DNA of 64,000 bases from a virus: IMG/VR virus record IMGVR_UViG_3300049740_002954, positions 17,075-81,074 of that record; one strand, 5' to 3'. Both the position numbers and the translations under genes were made by a program. The notes beneath the pieces are model-generated. The model saw only the letters and a list, made by a program, of their open reading frames with translations, was not told the origin of the DNA and did no database searches. Positions within the stretch are counted from its first letter, which is position 1, and the number at the start of each line of letters is the position of its first letter. Shown here piece after piece: positions 1 through 8,307 of the stretch.

Positions 1-287
1 CTAGCAGTTTCTTTTTGCTCTTCTGAAACTTCTGAATTTTGTTGTGCTTGTTGAGCTTCTTGAGCATTAACTATAATTTTCCTAATTTGATCGTCATCCA
101 TTTCTTCAACCTTGGTTTTAGCTTGCTCTAGAGCTTTCTTTTGAACCAATTCAATTACGTTGTTTAGCGGCACTTGCATTAGTGCTTCTCCAAGCGTAGC
201 ATTGGAGATGAAATTATTCGCTAGCGTTACAGATATTTGTTCTCTTTCTTGAGAAAGGTTTTGCGCGTCGTCTTGTGTATTTGCCAT
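1..287 (-). CDS. Hypothetical protein, partial (runs off window start); helical, Q/E-rich
   Basis: ATG at 287, open frame MANTQDDAQNLSQEREQISVTLANNF... with no stop before position 1; absent from the ORF track. Confidence 0.65.
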   Translation of the reverse strand, partial: MANTQDDAQNLSQEREQISVTLANNFISNATLGEALMQVPLNNVIELVQKKALEQAKTKVEEMDDDQIRKIIVNAQEAQQAQQNSEVSEEQKETA

Positions 288-330
288 ATTATTAATAATA
301 AGTTAAATTGTTATTTTTTAAATTTTAATT

Positions 331-525
331 TTAATTTTGTTGATATAGTGGATTTTGATTTGTTGATTGTGTTCTGATATTATACAGATTATGGAATATA
401 ACTTGTTGTTGTAATGTGCGGATTTCCTCGTGTTGATTTTGTATTAATTTATTTTGGTCCCACATAAACCACATCATATAAAATATTAGCAACAAAATAC
501 TTATAATACTTAAATGATCATTCAT
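331..525 (-). CDS. Small membrane protein (N-terminal TM + short coiled coil)
   Basis: Hydrophobic LSIISILLLIFYMMWFMW then heptad-like segment. Confidence 0.55.
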   Translation of the reverse strand: MNDHLSIISILLLIFYMMWFMWDQNKLIQNQHEEIRTLQQQVIFHNLYNIRTQSTNQNPLYQQN

Positions 526-579
526 TAATATATAATAGTGTAAAGTAGTTTAGTTTCTAAAAATGTGTATAAAAATTAA

Positions 580-2136
580 ATGCATTGGAATAATACAAAT
601 ATAACTGAGATTGTAACTCCATACGGAATAGATACTTGGTTAAATGGTACTTATGAGACTGGAGCTTTTTTTAATGTTTCTGCTACTTTAGATGATCCTT
701 TGCAGGGTTATGTTGTTGCGAAAATGGTCAAAAGCGGTAGTCTAAAATCCGGGGGTCATGGTGAAACACTGACCAGTGCAAAATATCCAGCAAGTGGAGA
801 TGAAAGGGCTAGAGCAATTGGTTGGAAAAATTTATTTCCCAAAAATGGAAAGTTTCTAGGAGCTGAGCAAAACTGTTTCTGGGAAATATTATATATCAAA
901 CGACCAGGGCAAAGTGGTCATTTCAATGAAAATATTCAATCTTTTACAGAGCCAGGTAAAAGAATATCTGGGTGTGTGTTATGTTTAGTTCCTATTGCAT
1001 GGGAGAATAGTGATAGTTATACTACAACAAATTCAAACTCATGTTTTTTAGGTATGGCTCCTGGAGAAATTATACCTGAATATTATAGATCAAAAGATAA
1101 TGAAAATTTTTTAGAGATAGAGGTGGGGGACGTTTTATCCGCGCAAAAGATACATAGACTATCTTGTCCTCGCGGTTGCTTCGGGAGTTTTGAACAATCT
1201 TTAGGTACATTGCATTTATGCTTTTACGGAAAAGATTCAAGTGTTCCAGAACAAGTATTATCTGATGATTTGGATTTTGATGGAATAAAAATAACAGATC
1301 TTCCGGAGATAGACAGCATCAATGACAATCATAAATTTTTAGTACATTATACTAACAGCAATTCTTTAATTCCTGAAAGCATAAATCATATATTTTCACC
1401 AAATCTAAAAACAGTATTTTTCAACAAATCTATAAAAATTACTTCACCACCTTACAGTTTATCAAAAGTATCAGGTTCTTTTCTAGGCGTGAATTGGTAC
1501 TGGATTTGGAATTCGCGGTCCAATGAGTGGATTAGAATAAATGGAAGCGTTAATAGTTTAGAGTGGTTTTATATTGACACAATTGAACAAAAAATAAATA
1601 AATCTATCAGTGGAGTTGATGATTCAAAAATACAAGGTTACATAATTTCTGTAAAAACAAGACTGCTTGATAATACTTATCAAATAGATTCAAAAGGTAA
1701 TCCAATTGATGTTATCGATACAAACAAAAAAATTAGTAAGTCTCATAGTTACAATGCTTCAGAGGCTATATCTGCATTTATAATTCACGATAATAAGTCT
1801 AGCGAGACCCGGCGGGATGGTTATGACTGGTACGATCTTCAAGGCTCTGACTCTAGAATGTATGACGAAAATATACCTTTTACGAAAAAAATATGTTTCG
1901 CTAAATTTGGAAAAAATACGACCCCCGTAACTTTTCGCGATAGGGTTTTAAATAAAAATAATGTTAACAAAGAGGGGGATATGGATTTTACCTGCGGTTC
2001 GGAGCAATTTATGTTGGGTTCCGCAGGAGACACAACCACAACATTAGCTATAGCTTTCACGCGAGATTACAGTGTGCCAGCTAAAAGAAGATTTATATTA
2101 GATATTTGTTGTGATGGATATATAATTGAAAAATAA
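580..2136 (+). CDS. Hypothetical virion/tail-associated protein
   Basis: 518 aa ORF, GTGTA motif upstream, internal IKITDLPEI segment resembling fibre N-terminal 'KISDL' motifs; function inferred. Confidence 0.5.
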   Translation: MHWNNTNITEIVTPYGIDTWLNGTYETGAFFNVSATLDDPLQGYVVAKMVKSGSLKSGGHGETLTSAKYPASGDERARAIGWKNLFPKNGKFLGAEQNCFWEILYIKRPGQSGHFNENIQSFTEPGKRISGCVLCLVPIAWENSDSYTTTNSNSCFLGMAPGEIIPEYYRSKDNENFLEIEVGDVLSAQKIHRLSCPRGCFGSFEQSLGTLHLCFYGKDSSVPEQVLSDDLDFDGIKITDLPEIDSINDNHKFLVHYTNSNSLIPESINHIFSPNLKTVFFNKSIKITSPPYSLSKVSGSFLGVNWYWIWNSRSNEWIRINGSVNSLEWFYIDTIEQKINKSISGVDDSKIQGYIISVKTRLLDNTYQIDSKGNPIDVIDTNKKISKSHSYNASEAISAFIIHDNKSSETRRDGYDWYDLQGSDSRMYDENIPFTKKICFAKFGKNTTPVTFRDRVLNKNNVNKEGDMDFTCGSEQFMLGSAGDTTTTLAIAFTRDYSVPAKRRFILDICCDGYIIEK

Positions 2137-2717
2137 TGAGTGCAAGAAATAAAAATTTAAAAGACGTACAAGTGGTTACTGCAGACATGCTTAATTTTGA
2201 AACAGATTATGTTTTGTGCTTCAATGAAGAGACTGGCCAACAAAATAAAATTTCTTTGAGTAATTTAACGCAGCAAATGAATTCTAGTTTTGTAGTTTTC
2301 CCCCAGCAATCTAAGTTAGCAGAACAAGCTTTCGGGTCCTCTAATCATTCATACCCTATTACTATTGATTTAAGTAGTTCGCGGTTAGATTCTAGTATTA
2401 GCAGCGTAAAAAATATATCTTCTGCAAATCTTCATTTCATCTTTTTCGCGGAGACCCAGGATGCTAAAAATATATATTTTAATTTTTCATATTATACAAA
2501 TTCCAGCAGAAATGATAATTACAGAACAGTTGTTAACATGATTCAAACAACAAGAAATTATAAGACAGTTAATGGGGATCCAATATTTATTCGAGAGGGT
2601 AGAGAATTTAACATTCCTGTTGTTAATAATAAAATTTATTTGAGTTGCAGCAGTAATGTTGTTGGAGCCAAGGTTGAAATTGGCATGAATTGTTTATTTA
2701 CAGGATTTACTGATTAA
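2136..2717 (+). CDS. Hypothetical protein, probably tail-fibre-associated
   Basis: Translationally coupled (TAATG) to previous gene; beta-rich C-terminus ending FTGFTD. Confidence 0.45.
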   Translation: MSARNKNLKDVQVVTADMLNFETDYVLCFNEETGQQNKISLSNLTQQMNSSFVVFPQQSKLAEQAFGSSNHSYPITIDLSSSRLDSSISSVKNISSANLHFIFFAETQDAKNIYFNFSYYTNSSRNDNYRTVVNMIQTTRNYKTVNGDPIFIREGREFNIPVVNNKIYLSCSSNVVGAKVEIGMNCLFTGFTD

Positions 2718-2719
2718 TT

Positions 2720-3427
2720 ATGAGTGAGAAGATAAAATTAACTGACATTTCAGATCAAACCTCAAAATATCGAGGTAAATTACAGTCTTTGAGAGATAAG
2801 AATCCAAATGACACGAAAAGTTTGATAGTTGAGTCTGAGCAGTATGGAACATGCTTGGTATCTGAAGATAATTTTAGGCAGTTCTTTGGGGGAAATTCGA
2901 CAAACTTTCATATACAATATCCTATGTATTCAAAGGGTGCACGAGAAGTCTCTGAAGGCATTATCCTGAGTCAAGAACAAACAATCAAAGATATTAAATT
3001 TAATTCAAACGAATTTAAAAGATTTACGGATCTAAAAAAATTCTTAAAAGAAAAATCAACCAGCGCTGTAAACTCTCTATCTACCTTCAGAGAGCATAGA
3101 ATTGACTTGACTTCTTACGGCGCAACCAATTTCACTAAAGCAGGAGTTTTTAATTTCACAGCTGGATACAAACAAGCATACACTGCAGACTTGAAGCTTA
3201 CTGCTCCCGAACAATCTCCCAAAAATTTAACCAATATGGAGCTATATTTTGATGTAAGGTGGTATGAGAACGGAGAAGAAAGAAATAATCAATACATTTA
3301 TAGTGGAAGCCAAAGATTTCATAGCTGGGAAAATGGTAGATTCACGCTACCAATAAGCGACCGAGCGTTAAGAATATCTCTCGCTTCTAGATTGGGTGTT
3401 ACAATTCGGCTCGAAGGCTTTTATTGA
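2720..3427 (+). CDS. Hypothetical protein, probably tail-fibre-associated
   Basis: Begins KIKLTDISD, ends IRLEGFY, similar outline to the two preceding ORFs. Confidence 0.45.
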   Translation: MSEKIKLTDISDQTSKYRGKLQSLRDKNPNDTKSLIVESEQYGTCLVSEDNFRQFFGGNSTNFHIQYPMYSKGAREVSEGIILSQEQTIKDIKFNSNEFKRFTDLKKFLKEKSTSAVNSLSTFREHRIDLTSYGATNFTKAGVFNFTAGYKQAYTADLKLTAPEQSPKNLTNMELYFDVRWYENGEERNNQYIYSGSQRFHSWENGRFTLPISDRALRISLASRLGVTIRLEGFY

Positions 3428-3614
3428 TTTTAGAAGTTTTAATTCTTTCAATTTCTTCAGGTAAGATTTCAATAATTTTATCTACATCATCTTCCAACAT
3501 AAGTTCTGCTGGCGTTGAACCGTCAAGTCTTTCGTTTTCAGTTTTTAACCATTTAGTTGATTGATATGAATTTAAATTTTTGCTAAGTATTTCTAAGATT
3601 GATTTCTGGGACAT
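3399..3614 (-). CDS. MbcA/ParS/Xre antitoxin C-terminal-like domain protein (orphan)
   Basis: KWLKTENERLDGSTPAELM matches the W-L-x-x-(P/E)-N-x-x-L-x-G-x-x-P-x-E-L signature of DUF2384-type antitoxin domains. Confidence 0.65.
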   Translation of the reverse strand: MSQKSILEILSKNLNSYQSTKWLKTENERLDGSTPAELMLEDDVDKIIEILPEEIERIKTSKINKSLRAEL

Positions 3615-3668
3615 ATAAATATTATATGTGGTTAAATGGTTTTTTATAGATTTTGTGTATAATATATT

Positions 3669-4103
3669 ATGGGACCGGTATTGAATACAATTATTGGAGC
3701 AGGAATAAAACTTGTCTGCAACTTAATTAACGCTTGGCTAGAACAAAAAAGACAAGATCAACTTGCCCTTGCTGCAAGAGACGAAAAAATGCTCGAAGCT
3801 TTAATCAAAAGCCAAGAAAAGAATGCGAGTGACGACTTTGTAAAAGTTACTCGCAGAATCTTATTTATGTCTATTACTTTTACTATGTGCTTTTTAATGA
3901 TATACTACGCATTTAATCCTCACATAGAATATAATATAATTGTGCCAAAGGGAGATCACGCAAAATGGGGATTTTTTGGATGGATATTTGGAGGAAAAGA
4001 CTGGGATATGGTAAAAATGACAGGGGGGCTTATGCTTGCCTCTTTTATGGATCTTTGTTTCATGGTAATAGGTTTTTATGCAATCCCCAGTAAGAGAAGA
4101 TGA
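3669..4103 (+). CDS. Holin-like membrane protein (3TM holin-like)
   Basis: N-terminal amphipathic helix, coiled segment, two TM helices, basic C-terminus SKRR; first gene of a membrane-protein trio. Confidence 0.5.
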   Translation: MGPVLNTIIGAGIKLVCNLINAWLEQKRQDQLALAARDEKMLEALIKSQEKNASDDFVKVTRRILFMSITFTMCFLMIYYAFNPHIEYNIIVPKGDHAKWGFFGWIFGGKDWDMVKMTGGLMLASFMDLCFMVIGFYAIPSKRR

Positions 4104-4321
4104 TTAAATTATTACTTATATTAGCGCTTTTATTATCTTCTTGTTCTACAAAATTAATTCGTACAAATCAACAAATTGAGGCAAAAAATTTAAAACCTCA
4201 AAATCCAGTTCCAGAAGACATTGTATTGGGTGTATATAATTATACAGATCCAGCAATATATTGCGGTTCGATTATATTGTTTATTTTTGTATTATGTTAT
4301 TTGATTAAAAAAAGATTATGA
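4100..4321 (+). CDS. Lipoprotein with C-terminal TM; unimolecular spanin-like
   Basis: Lipobox LLLSS-C at residue 15 plus C-terminal TM (IYCGSIILFIFVLCYLI) and basic tail. Confidence 0.5.
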   Translation: MIKLLLILALLLSSCSTKLIRTNQQIEAKNLKPQNPVPEDIVLGVYNYTDPAIYCGSIILFIFVLCYLIKKRL

Positions 4322-4908
4322 ATTTAAGTTTAGAAATAGTTGGAGTAATAAGCGGCGTAGTTTCTGCGTTAACTGCATTATTTAGTATGTGGATAAAGGT
4401 AAAGATTGATGAACGAAAAAGTAAAAGATTGATTTATGAACCCAGCCTGCATCAAAACGTGCTAACTGCCCTAGATTTCATAAAAGAAAAAACTGGAGCA
4501 GATAGAACATATATAATGGAGTTTCACAACGGAGAGCATTATTTTTCAGGAAAAAGTCAGCAAAAAATTAGCTGCACATATGAATCTGTAAATGAAGGTA
4601 TAAGTTCAGAGGCAAACTCTTTACAAAATATTAGGATATCTAATTACCATTCTTTAATTTCAAAAATATCAAAAGGCGAAACATTTGAATTTCAAGATAT
4701 ATCTTTAATGAGGGATAGCATTTGCTTTAAACAGACGCTAGAAGCGAAGGGAGTTAAGAGTATATTTGCCCGACCTATTTCGACTTTAAACGGCAGAATC
4801 ATCGGTATGCTTTTATTAGAATTTGTCAAAGAAGAGAGGAAGTGGGGGCAATCTTCAGAAAACTTTATTAGAAAACAAGCAAAAATATTAAGTGGCTATT
4901 TGATATAA
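4318..4908 (+). CDS. N-terminal TM + GAF-like domain protein; T4 T-holin-like
   Basis: Single TM then ADRTYIMEFHNG...GVKSIFARPISTLNGRIIGMLLLEF (GAF fold pattern). Confidence 0.55.
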   Translation: MNLSLEIVGVISGVVSALTALFSMWIKVKIDERKSKRLIYEPSLHQNVLTALDFIKEKTGADRTYIMEFHNGEHYFSGKSQQKISCTYESVNEGISSEANSLQNIRISNYHSLISKISKGETFEFQDISLMRDSICFKQTLEAKGVKSIFARPISTLNGRIIGMLLLEFVKEERKWGQSSENFIRKQAKILSGYLI

Positions 4909-4932
4909 TTTTTTTTTATATTATAATAAGTC

Positions 4933-5259
4933 ATGGCATTTACCTACTGTCCGCACTGCGGTTTTAAAAACTTATACTCTATCCATCAGCCAAAATTTTG
5001 TGGTAGCTGTGGAGAGTCGATTGGCTCAAAAACTAATAAAACGTTAAACAAAAGATTTGCATTGTCAAGCCAAAAATCTAAAGCGAAAAACATAAGCATC
5101 GATGATCCAGATGGATCAGATGTTTATGAGGTTCCGAATATATCAAAATTATCTTATTCTATTACTCACGACTCCAACAAGATGGACTTAAAAGACTTGA
5201 TTCCGTTAGAAGAATTGGATGAATATGATCAAAAAGAGTTAAATCAACAAGAAAAATAA
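4933..5259 (+). CDS. Double zinc-ribbon protein
   Basis: CPHC...CGSC at the N-terminus, acidic tail. Confidence 0.6.
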   Translation: MAFTYCPHCGFKNLYSIHQPKFCGSCGESIGSKTNKTLNKRFALSSQKSKAKNISIDDPDGSDVYEVPNISKLSYSITHDSNKMDLKDLIPLEELDEYDQKELNQQEK

Positions 5260-5260
5260 A

Positions 5261-5998
5261 GTGCCAGAAGAAGAGGGAAAGCAATTTTCATATTCAGACA
5301 AAGCTAAAGACATTGACGAGGAAATTGGGAAGCGGAGGAACAAATGGTTTCTTGATTCTCTTGCTTGGTTTAGCTTTGACGATGTCGAACAAATCATTAG
5401 GGCTCATATATTTAAAAAGTGGCATCAATGGGATCAAAGGAGACCTTTAAAGCCTTGGATTAATAAGATTATTACAAATCAAATGAAAAATATTTTGCGA
5501 AACAATTATAGCAATTTTGTGAGACCATGCTTGAATTGCCCATTTAATCAGTCGGGACCGTCTCAAGACGGGCATTCTCTTTGCGGCTTTACTAAAACTG
5601 GATTACAAGATTCATCTTGCCCGCTGTACGCAAAGTGGGAAAAAACAAAGAAGTCTGCCTATCAAATTAAAATGCCTGTAGCTCTTGAGAATCACTCTCA
5701 TGAAGTTTTCTGTATGCAAGATAAATTCCTTGATATAGATCTTGCTCGAGACAAAATAAATAAAATGATGGAGAAAGAGTTGTCTAAGAAACAATTTATG
5801 GTATATGATTTATTATTTATTCAGCATAAAGATGAAGAGTATGTCGCTAAACAAATGGGATATAAAACATCTGAGCAGGGACGAAAAGCTGGATACAAAC
5901 AGATAAAAAACCTAAAAAAAATCTTTAAGCAAAAAGCTCAAGAAATCATACAGAAAGAAGATATTCTTCCTGAAAATTCACCTATAAAATGGACCTAA
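5261..5998 (+). CDS. Phage RNA polymerase sigma factor (sigma70/ECF-like) with Cys-rich insertion
   Basis: Region 2-like FDDVEQIIRAHIFKKWHQWD...LKPWINKIITNQMKNILR; region 4-like LSKKQFMVYDLLF...EYVAKQMGY; insert CLNC...C...C. Confidence 0.7.
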   Translation: MPEEEGKQFSYSDKAKDIDEEIGKRRNKWFLDSLAWFSFDDVEQIIRAHIFKKWHQWDQRRPLKPWINKIITNQMKNILRNNYSNFVRPCLNCPFNQSGPSQDGHSLCGFTKTGLQDSSCPLYAKWEKTKKSAYQIKMPVALENHSHEVFCMQDKFLDIDLARDKINKMMEKELSKKQFMVYDLLFIQHKDEEYVAKQMGYKTSEQGRKAGYKQIKNLKKIFKQKAQEIIQKEDILPENSPIKWT

Positions 5999-7041
5999 AT
6001 CAAGAGCAAAAAGATATAATCTTAGAAAACTGTAAAAAAACAACAGACCTTTCTGAGTTAACTAGAATGGCGTTTCCTGATTGCGAAAAAATTGATGGAA
6101 GAAGCAAGCAGGGAAGAGCGGTTAGAGAATTCTTATCTACCAACCAAATACAATATGAGACAAGACACCTTGACCCTAAAGAAAGTATCATTTTATCCCA
6201 AGAGCAAAAAGAGTTTATAAATAATTCTATCGACCAAGGTATGGACTGTTTGCAAATTGCTTCAGTATTATTTCCTTCTGTAAGAGTAACTAAAAATTCT
6301 CAAGAATATACATGTGTTTATAATTATGTCGAAAAAAGTGAAAACTTATCTCCCCCCATATCAGAGGATAGTGTTAATAAAAAATATTCTACCCCCAAAG
6401 CGGCTAGCAAAATTATAAAAAAAATAAACGACTCTTGCCAAAAAGACATAGAGGAATCTAAACTTAATGTTTCTGAGAGAAAAAGTATTGAATCTCTTGG
6501 AGCTTTTTTGGCCTCACCAAGATTTATTCAAGTAATAAACACCTACGACAGTTCAGAGGATAGGGAGTTATTTGAAGCAGAATTTATTAGAGCCACTTGG
6601 GATAAGCCAGATCTAACTAGCGATGAAATAAATCTATATATCAATGTGTGCATGGACTATATTCATCTAAAAAATATACAGAATGCAATCAATAAACTTA
6701 ATAGAATGTTTGATGAAGCAGAAGATCAACAGGATTTGACTGTAAGATTAGCGGAGCTCTTAAAAACAAAAAGCGAAGAATACAATCAGTGCGAAAAAAG
6801 AATGGAATCTCTGATCCAAAAACTTCAGGGGGACCGATCAAAAAGAATTTCTAATCACCAAAGGCAAAATGCAAACATCCTGGCTCTTGTTCAGTTATTT
6901 CAAGAGGAAGAAGAAAGAAAAGTCATGGTAAAAATTGCTCAACTGCAAAAACAGGCCGCCAAAAAAGAAGCTGACAATATAGAATCTATGCCAGATTGGA
7001 AGGCTAGGGTATTAGGTGTGTCAAAAGAAGATGTTCTATAA
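5989..7041 (+). CDS. Hypothetical protein; candidate terminase small subunit
   Basis: Two HTH-like repeats (LNQEQKDII / LSQEQKEFI) plus C-terminal coiled coil, upstream of terL; role inferred. Confidence 0.35.
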   Translation: MDLNQEQKDIILENCKKTTDLSELTRMAFPDCEKIDGRSKQGRAVREFLSTNQIQYETRHLDPKESIILSQEQKEFINNSIDQGMDCLQIASVLFPSVRVTKNSQEYTCVYNYVEKSENLSPPISEDSVNKKYSTPKAASKIIKKINDSCQKDIEESKLNVSERKSIESLGAFLASPRFIQVINTYDSSEDRELFEAEFIRATWDKPDLTSDEINLYINVCMDYIHLKNIQNAINKLNRMFDEAEDQQDLTVRLAELLKTKSEEYNQCEKRMESLIQKLQGDRSKRISNHQRQNANILALVQLFQEEEERKVMVKIAQLQKQAAKKEADNIESMPDWKARVLGVSKEDVL

Positions 7042-7393
7042 TTATAAAATTAAAAAAATTGAAAGAGTTATAGATGGCGACACTTTTGACGCATTTATTG
7101 ACTTAGGCTTTAACACCTTGGTTAAAAAAAGAATAAGAATTTATGGAATTAATTGTCCCGAATGCAGAACTAGAAACAAAAAAGAAAAAGAGAAGGGGTT
7201 GCTCGCCAAAAAATTCTTACAGCAAATTTTTGAAAGTTTTGAAAATTCTATATCTATTAATTCAAAGGGTATAGGAAAGTATGGTAGAGTATTAGCTGAA
7301 GTTAAAATAGATCAAATCAGAGAGGAAAAAGATGTTGCTGAATTTATGATAAGCAATGGTCATGCCAAAGAATATTATGGAGGAAAAAAATGA
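7016..7393 (+). CDS. Thermonuclease (SNase-like)
   Basis: RVIDGDTFD, RIRIYGINCPE, GKYGRVLA motifs; true start probably the internal ATG (MFYNY). Confidence 0.85.
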   Translation: MCQKKMFYNYKIKKIERVIDGDTFDAFIDLGFNTLVKKRIRIYGINCPECRTRNKKEKEKGLLAKKFLQQIFESFENSISINSKGIGKYGRVLAEVKIDQIREEKDVAEFMISNGHAKEYYGGKK

Positions 7394-8307
7394 ATACCTG
7401 CCAAGAATGCTCCAAAGAGTTTTCGTCGGAAAGAGCTTTGCATGCCCACATAAAAGTTCACGGATTAACCTTGGCAGAATATTATACAAGGCATTTTCCA
7501 AGATTTAGCTTGTATACTGGAGAGCCTCTTGCGTTTAAAAATAAATCAGATTATTTTAGTAAAGATTTTGCTAATTATAACGAATTTAAATCTTGGATAG
7601 AAAGAGAAAGTGATTCTATTGTTAAGCCTTATATATTGCAAATGCTAAAAAAAAGAATAGAGTTGAAAGAATTAAATTTTGCACCCCCTCATGTAGAGTT
7701 AATAATTCAAGAAATGGCTACAGCTGAAATGTATAAGAAATATTTTGGTTCGTATAGTAACGCTTGTAGCGAAATAGAGTGCGAACCGATGTTCCCTAAC
7801 GCTCTACCTCCTGAGTGGCATGATTTAGACGCGCAAGATATTGAAATTTTTGTAGATACTAGAGAGCAACAGCCGCTAGAGTTTAAAAATTCTTCCAATT
7901 TAAAACTAGAATTTGGAGACTATGCTGTCGGCGGCGAACACTACGACTATACTTTTGTAGATAGAAAGGGAGAACAAGACTTTAAATCTACATTGAGTAA
8001 AAATAATCTCGAAAGATTCAGAGAGGAACTTAAGAAGACTAAAGAATTTGATAGTTATATGTTTGTAGTTACAGAAAGCAACTTAGATACTATATATAAA
8101 AATAATAAATGGTCAAAACATAGATCTAATTTAAAATACATATATCACAATATGAGAGTTTTAAATCATGAATTCGCTGGGCATTGTCAATTTATTTTTT
8201 CAGGGAGCAGAGAAAAGAGTCAGGAGATAATCCCGAAAATCTTGATGATGGGAAAAAAAATATGGAAGACAGACCTTCAATATTATATTGACAAAAATTT
8301 AATATAA
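7390..8307 (+). CDS. C2H2 zinc finger + ERCC4/XPF-type nuclease
   Basis: CQEC...HAHIKVH finger; IFVDTREQ, GDY, VDRKGEQD nuclease motifs. Confidence 0.75.
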   Translation: MNTCQECSKEFSSERALHAHIKVHGLTLAEYYTRHFPRFSLYTGEPLAFKNKSDYFSKDFANYNEFKSWIERESDSIVKPYILQMLKKRIELKELNFAPPHVELIIQEMATAEMYKKYFGSYSNACSEIECEPMFPNALPPEWHDLDAQDIEIFVDTREQQPLEFKNSSNLKLEFGDYAVGGEHYDYTFVDRKGEQDFKSTLSKNNLERFREELKKTKEFDSYMFVVTESNLDTIYKNNKWSKHRSNLKYIYHNMRVLNHEFAGHCQFIFSGSREKSQEIIPKILMMGKKIWKTDLQYYIDKNLI

